DNA from: Anthoceros angustus
Taxonomy: Eukaryota > Plantae > Anthocerotophyta
Assembly: GCA_010909165.1 (NCBI GenBank)
Contig: MU008153.1
Span: 186,001 to 250,000 of the forward strand
DNA: 64,000 nucleotides
Direction: 5' to 3'
The position numbers and the translations under genes are program-made. Below the pieces are notes generated by a model. That model worked only from the letters and a program-made list of their open reading frames with translations. It did not search any database and was not told where the DNA came from. Of this stretch, positions 1 through 12,644 are shown in pieces. Numbering within the stretch: position 1 is the first letter of the stretch; each line of letters opens with the position of its first letter.

Positions 1-154
1 ACACTGCGATTCCTACCCTGACATCTACGACGGCAGGTTCGGAAGCCTGCACGCCTCCTCAGCAGAAGTCTTCAATTGCATGCAGAACGAAGAGCATGCC
101 TCAATACCGGAACAGACTACAAGAACACGGGACGACATGGTAAGATGCGCTTAC

Positions 155-449
155 CAATGCAACGGCAGTGGTCGCAGTGCGGATGCAGAGAATCTCGCAA
201 TGCGCCTTCCTCAATAATTAGCAAGGAAATTCTGGAGCCGCTGGAATCCTCTGAAAGGCCTACTGACCACGCCGGCATGCCTTCGATGTTGTAGAGCTCC
301 GGCTCTGCGCATTCCTCCAGGAATCTCCGAATGTTGTCCCTGAAGGGGCCATAGTAATCGGCCGGGCATCCTGGATCTCCAAAGGTGTGAAAGCCGAACA
401 ACCTGTCTCCCCTCCTCCGCTTTCTTGTGCGATCAGCTGTCAAATACAT
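155..449 (-). CDS. First coding exon of a PHD-finger protein of the MALE STERILITY1/MMD1 family (gene continues leftwards, probably out of the window)
   Basis: Translation MYLTADRTRKRRRGDRLFGFHTFGDPGCPADYYGPFRDNIRRFLEEC...HPHCDHCRCIG matches the N-terminus of MS1/MMD1-type PHD proteins. A GTAAG donor follows at 154-150 on the minus strand, at the intron position I recall for this family. Confidence 0.75.
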
Positions 450-2104
450 GCTGTTGCTTCAACGCATGAAGTGCTGCACAGCTCCAGACGTCCTCAATTG
501 CCTGGCCCAAGGATCGGACCTCTCTGCTGGCAAGGACGTCGTTGATTGAGATGAAATTGCTTTGAACAAGTTCCACTGGAGCCTCAGAGGATCAGGGAGC
601 TTAACATTGTTCTTCCGATGAGCCGAATAGCATTTTCTTGAAACCAAGAACCTGGACTCATCACAGGTCTGCACGGACAGAAGAGAGGGAGCACAGATCG
701 GGACTGCTCAAGGCCATTTGTCTTCACGGCGCACATGAGCATCAAGATGATGTGCCGACGAGTACCTGGTGCAGGATGGACATGGCGGCAATGTGAAGGG
801 GTTCCAGTTCGTAAGTTTGCGCTTGCAGGCAACCACTTCGGCTGTTCTCAATGCACTCCACCTCTCTGACGTTCATTTTGCATGCTCCCAGGACTCATTT
901 CGGGGGGATTCCACTACAGAACTGCGAGCTGCCAGTGTAAATGCGACTCGTTCACAGCTTCACGGACCTCCTCGGAAACGCGTTCTCCTCAAGATCTAAG
1001 TGGCTGCAATTCCCGCAATCCTCCATCTCCAGGCAAAGCACGTGTTTGGGAGTCACTGGAAAACGCCCGAAACATCAAAAACCACCTCCTGACCGCTCCC
1101 AGCTCCTGACAAGGTTCCACGTCGCCGCAGGAGCTGGCGGCCGGGGAGCTGCTGGTGTGCTGTGCTCGGAGGGCAGACCAGGATTTGCAAGGACATCCGG
1201 TGTGCCTCGCAGGAATCCTGTGGGAGAAAGAAGCTGAGGCAACAGGCAGGTGGGGGAGAACGCAAGGGCCCCCCGGAAGGCCGCAAGATCTGAGCGTGAA
1301 AATGACACCCGCACCCAAGACCGCACCCGCACGCACGCACAGCGACGGGAGGAGGGAAGGATGGAGCTCGAGGTTGGAGGGGCAGAAACCTTGAAGTCTT
1401 GCAGGTCACGGCAGGAGATCGTCGGTGAGCTTGCAAGATGGACGCCGACGGAAGAAGCGCATCGTCGCCTGCAGCTGCTCGCCAACCAGAAAGAGAAGCG
1501 AGGAGAGAGAGGGAGGGAGAGAGGGAGAGAGAGAGAAGCGGGAAGCGGGGGGCGGGGGGAAAGGAAGGGTGCGGGCGGCGAAAGTGGCGAAACTGTGCCC
1601 CCGTCCACACAGCAGATTGAACTGTGACAAGAAAATGGATGCAGTTGGGTACCGATTCGTGGGAGAGGGAGAAATGGTGATTGCATGTAGGTGTGTACGC
1701 AGGCCGTTTCTGTCAAGCAACTGGAACAGGTGGTACATCTCAACGGTGACAGGTATTAGCACATTTGACCAGATGTGACTCTGACCTAACCGGACTTCAC
1801 ATTATGATCGATTAGGTGGGATGGTTCCTTCCGAAGTGACCAAGAAGGGATGGCCGGAAACATGGAAAAACACCCTCCTCTGTTTCTGCTGCACCTGGTA
1901 CCAGCAGGAGCACCAGTACCACTTCTCCATACATGTCTCTTCTTCTTCTGCAGGTACTCTGCATCACATTTTTCATTTCAGCCTGCACATCCCATGGTGC
2001 ACTCACTTCACTGCTTTTAAGAAATACTCTTGTTCTTTGTCCATCACTCAACAATCACTTTGTTGCCCTGATAATGTACAAAGAACAACATACTTGCTGG
2101 AGAA

Positions 2105-2240
2105 TGCTTACCATTGCAGGAGACTACTGTGAGCACCACCTTCCTTTCATGGTACAAGTCATGTCTATGTGTGTGCTTACCATTGCAGGAGACTGCTCTG
2201 AGCACTATCTTCATTTCATGGTACATCTCATGTCTCTGTG
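2105..2240 (+). repeat. Two diverged tandem copies of a 69-bp unit
   Basis: tgcttaccattgcaggagact...gagcac...tttcatggtaca..tcatgtct starts at 2105 and again at 2174. Confidence 0.8.
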
Positions 2241-3156
2241 GTGTTTGTGTGTGCCTCTGCTGACATTGCTGACTCCACTGGATATTTATAGGTTTCCACT
2301 CCAAGGATACTGCGGAGAGTGATGTAGTTTACCTTGCCTTGCCTCCTTTCCTTACTGGGATATTCCACCGCCAGCACGTCTCGAAAACATAGGAGATGCA
2401 GATGATTTGCACATGCTGACCTTGCAAGAGACGTAAGTTGCAGTCGTTCTGGTCCTGGAGGTTGGGATTAACCAAGTCTGGATTTCCATGGTGGTGTTGT
2501 GTTGCGTGGCCTCATGCCATGGTATGTTTCCTTGCTGCAGGGTCGTCTGCTGTGAGTGGGCTACATCTTGGAAAACGAGGGAGTGTGAGGAAGAAGCTGC
2601 TGTTGGAGAAGACTTGTGTGGGGGCAACCATTGCCGAATTGTGGAGTCTGAGGGACCATGCAGAGTCGTTGATGTTCTGTAAGGATTTGTAGCAGAGTAG
2701 GATGTGCTTGGGCTCCAGCTCCCAGAGAAGGACGAGAATGTTCACGAAACCATGACTGCTGCCTGTCATGGTGTCTGCCATGCACATGCAGTACGATGAG
2801 ACACAAAAGCATCAAGGACGATCTCTGGCTTTCCAACACAAAACCAGGTTCTGATGCCAGAAAGCAAACATATAATTCATGAAACCTACCTACTGCGTGT
2901 GTGTCGATCCTACTTGCTTGGATGCCGGTTCTGTTATCTCGCAAATGCTTGCACTGCGTCCTGTTTACAAGCCAAATGCGGTCCGTAACAGGAGAGCTGG
3001 AGCTAATTCCTTTCCTGCCAACATCGGCAGATCCGCTGGCTTGCGAAAGATGCTGCGAGAAGGGAAGACGGTGTCACCGAGGATGGGCAGTTCGGGGTGG
3101 AGGTGGATCAGCGCAGCGGGGCCCTGACCTGGCGAACTGGGACAGCCAAGGGGTGC

Positions 3157-5127
3157 ATGGCGCTACAACTGCAGCGCCCGCCGCACAGTTTGGTGTTTCG
3201 CAACCCAGGCAGCGTGGTGATCAACCGACAACGTTCATGGGTGGATGCTTTCAAGCCAAGCTCTGCCCTGTGCACGGTAGGGAGGCTAGGGCACATCTAC
3301 AAGGTCCCAGCTTCTGCTGAAGGAACTGCAAAGTTGCTTGGAAGGGACGTGTATGTGGAAAGGGAGGAGACCTTGGACCTCTTGGTGCAGCAAGGAGGTG
3401 GTGATGTCCACACTGGTGTGCTGTACCGGGTGCTTAAGAGGTGCATCGCACACAAGGATCTGGCTCTTGGTAGGCTTGTGCATGCTCTTGCTGTCAGAAG
3501 TGGGTGTGAGTCGGATGCGTTTCTTGCTAATCACATCATCGGCATGTATGCCTCTCACAATCTGCTGGAGGAGGCAAGGCAGGTCTTCTCCAAGGTTGCT
3601 GAGCCTAATGCGTACATGTGGTGTTCCATCATTCTGGCCCATGCTCGGCAGGGGCAGGCCAGCGAGGCCATCCATCTGTACAGGCATATGAGGAAGACGG
3701 AAGTGAAGGCAGACAATCATGTGTATGCTGCAGTTCTGACGGCGTGTGCCAGTGCAGAGGATCTGGTTTCGGGCAAGGAGGTGCATGCAGATATTCTGGC
3801 CAGTGCTGTGAGGACGGACATCTTTGTTGGCAGCAGCTTGGTGAACATGTATGCGAAATGCGGGAGCTTGGGGGATGCTCGGAGAGTTTTTGATGCTCTG
3901 CCGACGAGGACAGTGGTGATATGGAATGCCATGATGGCTGGCTATACGCAGCAGGGGTTGGGTCAGGAAGCCTTGGCTCTGTATGCAAGTATGCAAGAGG
4001 AGGGCATGGCTCCAGCTGATCATGTCACGTTTGTGTGCCTCCTGAATGCGTGCGCCAGCGTTGGAGCCCTGTGCAACGGGAAGCAGCTCCATGCTCAGGT
4101 GCGTGAACGAGGGCTGGAAGCTCATGTTTCTGTGGGCAGCAGCCTGGTGGACATGTATGCAAAATGCGGGAGCTTGGAGGATGCTCGTGCAGTGTTCGAC
4201 AGGTTGCCTGTCAGAACTGTGGTGACGTGGAATGCTCTGCTTAATGGGTATGCTGGGCACAGCTGTGGAGACATGGCCATGCAGTGCTTCGAAGAAATGG
4301 GTCGGCAAGGGGTCCAGCCAGACGGCATCACTTTCATCCATCTTCTTGTGGCGTGCAGTCATGCAGGCTTGGTGGCAGAGGGCCAAAGGTATTTCAGGAT
4401 GATGGTGGAGGAGCATGGCATTGTGCCCACAGACTACCACTGCAGTTGCATGGTGGATTTTCTTGGGCGGTCAGGATGCCTGGACGAGGCTGAATCCATT
4501 CTTCACACCATTCCACATGACATGGTGGGTTGGACATCTCTGCTGAGTGCCTGCAAAAACCACGGTGATGCAGGGCGTGCACGCCGATGTTTCGACCGCA
4601 TTGTGGCATTGGAGCCCGAAAAGGCCAGTGCATATGTCCTCCTGGGTACCATCTATGCAAATGCTGGCAGGCAACTTGATGTGGTGGAGGTGGAAAGCCT
4701 GAGGAGGTCGGCGGGTGCTTGGAAGAAACCTGCAAAGGCATGCATCGAAGTGCAGAACAAGGTGCACGAGTTCAGAGTTGGAGAAGAGAGGTCCGACCTA
4801 TCCTCCAAGCTCAGGAGCGTGGCTATGAGGTTGAAGGAGGAAGGAGGGCATGTGCCACAAACGGAACTGGTGCTCAAGGCCGTGACTGAGCAGGAGAAGG
4901 AGGAGGCCTTGTGTGGACACGCAGAGAAACTTGCCTTGGCATATGGCCTGCTCAACACTCCACATGGCACAACTTTGCTTGTCACCAAAAATCTTCGAAT
5001 GTGCGGGGACTGCCACAGTAGCACCAAGATCATGTCCCGCCTTGAAAAGAGAGAGATCATTGTTAGAGATGCACACCGGGTGCACCATTTCCTGGACGGA
5101 TTTTGTTCATGTGGTGACCGTCACTGA
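3157..5127 (+). CDS. PLS-class PPR protein with E1-E2 and a DYW:KP-type (DRH) deaminase domain; candidate organellar U-to-C RNA editing factor
   Basis: Intronless ORF with first in-frame ATG at 3157 and a transit-peptide-like N-terminus. It has 11 PPR motifs (L-S-P-L-S-P-L-S-P2-L2-S2), E1/E2, then KKPAKACIEV in place of the PG box, HAEKLA and CGDC zinc ligands, and a terminal CSCGDRH. Confidence 0.95.
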   Translation: MALQLQRPPHSLVFRNPGSVVINRQRSWVDAFKPSSALCTVGRLGHIYKVPASAEGTAKLLGRDVYVEREETLDLLVQQGGGDVHTGVLYRVLKRCIAHKDLALGRLVHALAVRSGCESDAFLANHIIGMYASHNLLEEARQVFSKVAEPNAYMWCSIILAHARQGQASEAIHLYRHMRKTEVKADNHVYAAVLTACASAEDLVSGKEVHADILASAVRTDIFVGSSLVNMYAKCGSLGDARRVFDALPTRTVVIWNAMMAGYTQQGLGQEALALYASMQEEGMAPADHVTFVCLLNACASVGALCNGKQLHAQVRERGLEAHVSVGSSLVDMYAKCGSLEDARAVFDRLPVRTVVTWNALLNGYAGHSCGDMAMQCFEEMGRQGVQPDGITFIHLLVACSHAGLVAEGQRYFRMMVEEHGIVPTDYHCSCMVDFLGRSGCLDEAESILHTIPHDMVGWTSLLSACKNHGDAGRARRCFDRIVALEPEKASAYVLLGTIYANAGRQLDVVEVESLRRSAGAWKKPAKACIEVQNKVHEFRVGEERSDLSSKLRSVAMRLKEEGGHVPQTELVLKAVTEQEKEEALCGHAEKLALAYGLLNTPHGTTLLVTKNLRMCGDCHSSTKIMSRLEKREIIVRDAHRVHHFLDGFCSCGDRH

Positions 5128-8100
5128 CCCTCAATTTCTCTTAACCTCGATCACTGACCCCTCATTCGCCCGCCCGCCTGTTTCAATTGGACGCATTCTT
5201 TTTCCGGTAAAGGCAGTCTAAGTCCAGCATACATCAGCATCTATCATCATATATTCAATAAGGACGATTATCATTAAAGAGCAATAAGAGCAATTTTATT
5301 TCAAATAAATCTCTGGATCAGAATTAGTATGATCTATCGTCGTAAAAATATTGGACAAAGCCGTACTGGACACCCAAACCAAAGGTCACGGCCGTGTCCC
5401 AGTTGCGCACAACCATTTGAGAATCGACTAGTGGCTAGTTCGCTTCCAAGGACGCACGCAGGGGCATCTTCAAACCGCAACACTGGAAGACCTTTGATCC
5501 GTCCGCCAATCAACAATATGCAACCCCTGCTTGCCGCAAAGGAGTTCATCGACTGCCTCGCCGAATCCATCCAGATGCTTCATGAGATTTGTCAAGACCG
5601 TCTTCCAGCTTTGAGTCTTGACACTGGGGTTTCGACGTCTGGCCGTCGTTCTTCCTCAAGCTACTGAGGAAAATTTCTGAATGCAACCTGGGGAGGATCA
5701 GCCCGCGGAGGATGATCCTTTAGATTTGTCTTGGGCATTATGAGAGGGATTGTAGGAAGAAGATGGGTGGTGAGCCCAAGCGGGAGTCAGCCATCCAAGA
5801 GCCTAATGTGGCTGTAGCCAAAGCTAAGACACCTTCCATACTCGCTGTTTGCCTCAACTCTATAATTGTCCAGCAAGATAAATGGTTCCTTGATTCTGGT
5901 GCAACCAGCCATATTTGTTTGGACAGACATGCTCTCTCATTTTTCATTCCTTCCACTGACAACAAACAGTTTGTACTACTAGGGGATGATAGTGGCTTGT
6001 CTATCAAGGGCATGGGTACTGTCATCATAGCATTACCAGGTGGGGGAAGTCTCACTCTCACGAGAGTCCTCTATGTACCTGCTATGACAAAAAACTTGAT
6101 GTCAGTCATGAAGCTCTCCCAAGAGCATTCCTGCCAAATTTGTTTTGATCACACTGGTTGCCATATTTCCAGCATAGAAACTGGTCTTCAGTTGTTCACT
6201 GGTCAGCCTTACAATGATCTATACATGTTGGAAGTTCGCACTCTCCCCACATCTATGCCATCTACACATGTTGCTCAATCACAACCTTCTATGCACCTTT
6301 GGCATTGTCGCCTTGGACACGTCAATTTTCAGCGTTTGTCCACTCTAGCAAATAGTGGGAGTTTTCGGGATACCTTAAAATTCACTCCCGATTCCAGTTG
6401 TTTCTATGACTCATGTGCTATGAGCAAGGCTCATTCCCTGCCGTTCAAAGACACACTTCCTACTAGAGCTATTGCTATTCTAGAAACCATCCATAGTGAT
6501 GTCTGTGGGCCCATGTCTACCATATCTTTTGGTGGTGCATCTTACTTTGTCACCTTCATAGATGAGAAGTCAAGATACTGTATAGTGTATCCCATCAAAT
6601 ACAAGAGTGAAGTTTTAGATTGTTTCAATCTTTTATTAAACATGCTCAAAGGAAGACCGGTGCACATGTGAAGATCCTCAGGCCTGATAACGGAGGAGAG
6701 TATACTAGTCGGGATTTTAAGGGCTTTTATGAGGTTGAAAGAATTCAGCATCAGCTCACAGTCCCTTATACCCCTGCACAAAATTCATTTGATGAGAGAA
6801 AGAACAGAACCCTTCAAGAGGCCACTTTAGCTAGTTTGTTGTTTGCTGGCTTCACAAGAGGCTATTGGGCAGAGGCACTCATGACCACCAACTATATTCA
6901 GAATCGACTGCCTTCAAAGGAATTGGGATCAACAACCCCCTATGAGCTTTGGACAGGCAAGAAACCTCGCATCTCTCATCTTCGTGTGTTTGGCTCACCT
7001 GCATATGCTTTCATTCCTTCTGAGTTGCGAACCAAGCTTGATCCAAAGGCACATCGATGTATCATTGTTGGCTATTCTGATAATGTGAAGGGCTACAAAC
7101 TTTTTGACCCTGTCTCTCGATCTCTGACCATTTCTCAAAGTGTTATTTTCAATGAGCATGTTCTACTTCAGCGTCACCTTCAACAAACATAAGCACACAC
7201 TAGGGACTCTTCTTCTATCTTTGGTGTTCAAGTTGACGAGCCAGTTGACCCTTCCATGGTGACTCTCTATGAAGATGATGAGGAGCTTATGGTTTCAGAG
7301 GGGGACAACACTCATCCGCAGCAGCCTGCATCACAGCAGCCAGCATTTTAACAACCACAGCAGCCAGCACTTCAACAACCACAGCAGCGAGCATTTCAAG
7401 CACCTCCTGCCGTAGCTATGGACTTAGATGTCGACCCAAACTTTGATGTTGCTGGACAATTGCCTGCTGATGTTGAATACTTACCTGAAGTTGCTGAACC
7501 TGTAGCTGCAGATGAAGCAGAACCCATAGAACTCCCTCCGCTACGTCATTCAACAAGGCTTCGTCGTCCCATAGAGGAGTGGAAATGAGATTATGTCGTA
7601 GGTATGGTTACTGCTGACCCCGTATCCTCAATGCTGTTGCTTCCTTAGATGAACCTGCCACCTATAGGGAAGCAGTAGAAGGCCCTGAGGCAGAGCAATG
7701 GAAGAAGGTAATAGAGTCTGAATACTCCTCTCTCATTCAAAATAAGACATGGAAAGAAGTTGATTTACCCCCTGGTCGTAAACCTGTTGCGTGCAAGTGG
7801 GTGTTTAAAAAGAAGCTTAATACTAATGGCAGCATAGGCAGATACAAAGCCAGATTAGTTGCAAAAGGGTACAGTCAAGTCCCAGGGCTAGACTTCAACG
7901 AGACTTTTGCACTAGTTGTAAAATCCACTTCTGTAAGATTTCTACTTGCCATAGCTGCCCATTTTAATTTGACTAACCACTAGCTAGATGCAAAAACAGC
8001 CTTTCTCCATGGACTACTTGAAGAGGACATATACATGTGTCAACCTGAAGGATACGTCAAAAATCCAGCCAAAGTCCTTAAGCTTCTAAAGACCCTGTAT

Positions 8101-9001
8101 GGTTTGAAGCAGTCTTCCAGGTTCTTATTGAGCTAGGTTTCGTTTGCCTTGATGCCGACACTAGTGTGTATATTCTATTTGAAGGACAAGATTTCATCAT
8201 ACTTTCTGTCTATGTAGATGATAACTTCCTTTTTAGTACTTCTACAACTTTGATGGACAGGGTCAAAACTGTGCTTTTTACCCGTTTTCAAATGAGTGAC
8301 CTCGGAAGCTTTCCTTTTCATTAGGGGTTCAATTCCACTTTAATCATGCAGATCATTCCATTGATATCCATCAAGAGCACTTTGTGCTCCAACTGTTACA
8401 GAGATTCCGAATGGAGGATGCCAAGCCCATAGCAACTCCCATGGCAGTGGGAGAGAAACTATCTAAGGAGCAGTCCCCCACCACTCAATCACAGAAAGAT
8501 GAAATGGCCAAGAAGCCATATAGGCAGGCCGTTGGATGCCTCCTATATCTTGCTGGGTGGACAAGGTTAGATATTTCCAGGGCTGTCAACAACGTAAGTC
8601 AGTTTCTGGAGAACCCGGGCATGGCACATTGGACGGCAGTAAAGAGGATATTTTAATATCTGAAAGTTACAGCAAGAAGAGGATTGAGATACACAAGACA
8701 ACATGACGGTCTTCAACTTTCTGCTTTCTATGATGCCGACTGGGCAGATGACCCAGACACCCGGAGGAGTGTAGCAGCATATTGCTGCTTCCTTGGTGGC
8801 TCAGTGGTGTCCTGGTCAAGTAAGAAATTAAGCACCATTTGCCTCTCAAGTACTGAGGCTAAATATGGGGCTATGTCACAAGCAGCTCGAGAGATTCTAT
8901 GGATAAGGACCCTTTTGAAGGGCTTGGGACAGCTGCCTGGAGGACATACAAGGTTGTTGTGTGATAATCAGTCGGCGATTGCCTTGTCACGCAACCCTGT
9001 C

Positions 9002-9029
9002 TTCCTATGCATGGTACCATGCATAGGAA
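9002..9029. repeat. Perfect 28-bp palindrome at the Copia/CACTA left junction
   Basis: TTCCTATGCATGGTACCATGCATAGGAA equals its own reverse complement. Confidence 0.95.
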
Positions 9030-12000
9030 AAGTATACTTTTACTAATTGCAGTTTTACAACAGGGGTGCATTTTACCACGACTGCCCATTTTACTACGTC
9101 AATTCAAGGCACCGTTTCAAGTCCATGTATTATTTTCAAGTATAGCCCTGAATTTACTAAACCTCATTCCAACTTTACTACAGGGCTTGTTTTGCCAAAG
9201 GCGCAACAGCTGACGTGGCAAAACAAAATGGATTTTACTACGGGCACTTGTTACTATGAGCTTATGGACGTTACAACGATGGCATGTTTGTTTACTACGG
9301 GCCATCAATTTACTACGTGACTTTCTCCATTACAACGGGTTCTTTTACAACATGCCAATGGTATTTTACAACATCCCATAGTTTACTACACCGTAGGGTT
9401 TTCAACAAGACCCTTTACGACTAGACACCGTCGTTTACAACAGACTAATTTAGAATGGGTTTTGATGATAACCCACATCTTTTACCCTAAAAGAAAAAGT
9501 AGAGGTAAGGTGTACATCGATTCTGACTTGGGCTAGGCCGACCCTAAACGAGAACAAGCGGGGACATGCTGAAAAATCCTCCATATGCATCCACATCCCT
9601 ATGCATCCATATTTTCTTCAAAGACAACGCGTTTTCCACATGCAGTGGTCCCGACAACCACTTTATTGTCATACAAAAAGTTTGAATTAGTTTGGGTGAC
9701 ACAAGGGTAAAGGGATCATCTTGAACTCGTAGAAGGATAACAAGATCTAGGGTTCACTATGTGCATTCCATTGTCCTTCTTCAATCCCTTCGTGATCATT
9801 TGCATCCTCATAAACTAGTTTGAACCACTTAACCTTTAAAAATTAGTTGATGACAACCCAAAGTCAACCTTTAAAATTTTCTGCACTATTCCCACATATG
9901 GCCGAGGAGAAGTGTGGCCGAGGATTAGGGTTTGGGTCAAATTAACCTTGGCCTTGTCGAGTTGAATATGTCGGATGAGGGTTAGGGTTTGGTTAAAGTA
10001 ACCTTGGGCTTGGGATTCGCATGGAATATGCTAGCTTGAGGTCTAGGGTTCGGGTAAAGTCCTATTATCACCGATATCCAAGGAAGAAGAAGGCTATAAA
10101 TGCAATGATAATGTGCTAATTCACCAAGCCATATCCAGGGTTTGAGCTCCATTCCCACCAGAGCAAAACATCATGCAAAAACACGCACTGGCGAGTGCTG
10201 CGAAATTCCTGCTCAACCTAATGGCGGGAAGTCCTGACTATGAGTCATTTCCGCCGGCGTTTCACACCGCGGTCAAGGGAGAGACGCTAAGTGTATGGAA
10301 AACCCTTCGTCTCGTATCATGACTCAGAGAGGCAAGCCCGCACCAGAATCGCTGACGCCAGCCATGGCCGCCACGCTAAACCCTGGAGATGGAGATGGAG
10401 GCAGCTAGTCGTCGAAGTCGCGCCAAGGAGAGTGCCTGCAGCTATCTTAGAAACTCAAGTGCTTTCGTTGTTCCAGCCAGATTTGGGCTCAAGGGTTGCA
10501 AGGATTGATGTTTCTGTGTCCCTGCAGTGCCAGGTGCGACTTACCCGACTCCAAGCTGCCTGGTGCAGGCAGCCCATCAACAAAGTCGTTCCACGACTCC
10601 TAGAAACCTGCACGTGAGCAGATTTCATGTCACTTCGACGACTAACTGCGAGATCTGAGTGCGTCTGGGCTTAGAGCAGGTGGCTACGCACCCACAGCAA
10701 GGCACCACCTCCCCGCCTCACTAGCCGCAGCAGCGTTGCAGCCACAGCAACGCTGATCCAACAAGTTTGGGGTTTCCAACCTTCCAGGGGTCATAGCGCC
10801 CGCGTTACAGGTCGGTTGCCGTTGATTCTTATACCAAACTGCTCGCCTTGATGAGGCGAGTCTAATGGTATACTGTGTGTCCAATTTGGAGCCCTATCCA
10901 GGGACTGATTGCGTTTGAAAGTTTCGAACAGCAGGGTTTTGCTCTTGCTGCATTTGCTTTGATTTTCAATCTGGCATCGCGAGCGAGGCCGTGTGCTACA
11001 AGCTTTGCATGTGAGCTGGAGTTTTGCTGTGCTGTGTTTCTCAATCCTAGGGCAGACATAGGGGACCGTAGGTGCTGCATGATCAAAGCAGTTGAACTTT
11101 CTATTTTGTGCTAGGGAGGAGGGTGCCATGAAGAGGGTGAAGGATACAGGTAGCAATACCTACACATGCTTTGGCCATGGGGGCAGCGTGGTTTTCTGGA
11201 TAGGTTCAGAGGAAAGTTTGGGAGGGAGCCAACCGTGGATGAGATCAGAGCTGTTGGTACAGTTCACGGAAATTGGCTGGTGAAGCTGCGGCGTTTTGGA
11301 TGAATTCCAAAATCACAAGTCCTGCTTTGGGTCCACAGGTTAACTCACAGGGGATTGACACTGCTATTAACGTGTGAAACCAGTTGGTTGAGGCAGGTTA
11401 CCCAACCGATGAATGCGATACCCAATCATGGGGCTTGGCTTATAAAGTTGAAAGAGTTTTGGATGCAGTCTGGAACTAGAACTCCAGCTTTGGGTCTGCA
11501 AGTGGACTCAAAGGGGCAGAAGGACAAGGCGATTAATGTGTGGACCTTGTTGAAGGATGCAGGCTATTCCATCAAGGAGTGCGATGAGAAGGTCATGGAG
11601 GCCATCCTAAAGCAGAATGTCATAGATGACGGGTGGATGGTGGGGCATTATCTTCCCCGCAAAGTTGCAAGACAAGCTGAGGATGCTTGAGCATGATTCT
11701 GGTTAGGTCGTTGTTCAGGACTATTGTGTCTATTTTGTGATAGCCTGAAGTTCTGTGAACTTGAACTGATTTAAGTTTGTGGTTCTCTTTTTGCAGGTGG
11801 CAAACCTTTGGGGCACGGTCTTTGAGTTGAGGTGCTGGGTGGAGAAAATTCTTAGATGCCCGTGTAGCATGTAGGGGCTGGGAGTCTAATATATTGTAGG
11901 ATGTAGGTGCAATCCCGAATTCGGTACCCCATAACCCACACACCCGCCTAGCACTCCTTCATTTTACTACAACAGAGTGCACTTTACTACAGCAATATAA

Positions 12001-12493
12001 ATCCGTATTTACTTTACTACGGTCCTGATTACATCAGATTTTTACTACGCCTTATTTTGCAGCCAGGTGTTTTACAACGGCCCGTTATAACTACAGTTCA
12101 CTGATTAACCTAACCATGGTTACATAACTATGGTTTATAAACTACTGTTATTTAAATTCAGTTAATAAACTTGAGTTAATTCACATTGGTTACTTAACCA
12201 TATTTTATTAACCACGATTACAGTTGTTGTAAATGCCGTTGTAGATCACTGTAGTAATTGTTGTTGTAAAGTGAACTGTAGTTAAACCCTAACTGATGTA
12301 CGGTCAACTCCGTAAAGTATATCGTATGTATGTCACATACTAATACGGTATATAGCCATGGTATACGGTGTGAAGACATTACCATGGAAATTAACGCTAT
12401 TTGTTTACAACGGGTATTTTACTACAGGTGTAGTAATTCTGTAGTAATGTCCGTAGTAAATTCCGTTGTAAAGGACACGTTTTCCTAGTAGTG
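9016..12493. mobile_element. Non-autonomous or degenerate CACTA (En/Spm) DNA transposon nested in Copia RNase H
   Basis: The right end TTTTCCTAGTAGTG is the reverse complement of CACTACTAGGAAAA. Dense TTTACTAC/TTTACAAC subterminal repeats at ~9030-9450 and ~11960-12480. A 3-bp GGT duplication lies at 9013-9015 and 12494-12496. The left TIR is altered (..CATAGGAAAA). A weak TnpA-like relic (FGREPTVDE) lies near 11200. Confidence 0.85.
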
Positions 12494-12644
12494 GGTCGAA
12501 GCACATTGAAATATCATTTCATTTTATTCGACAAGCAGCCCAAAACAAAGAGATATGTGTGGAGTACATTTCTACATGTGAGAATGTTTCAGACTTGCTC
12601 ACTAAAGCCTTGCCCAAGCATGTTCATGAGAAGCATACCTTTGC

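Noticed and set aside
3286-4440. Long antisense ORF over the PPR gene (similar ones at 32354-33671)
   Set aside because: Shadow ORFs of GC-rich coding sequence with no recognisable motifs.
9915-10035. Interstitial telomere repeats
   Set aside because: Only isolated TAGGGTT motifs within ~55-60-bp degenerate repeats inside the CACTA element; not a telomeric array.
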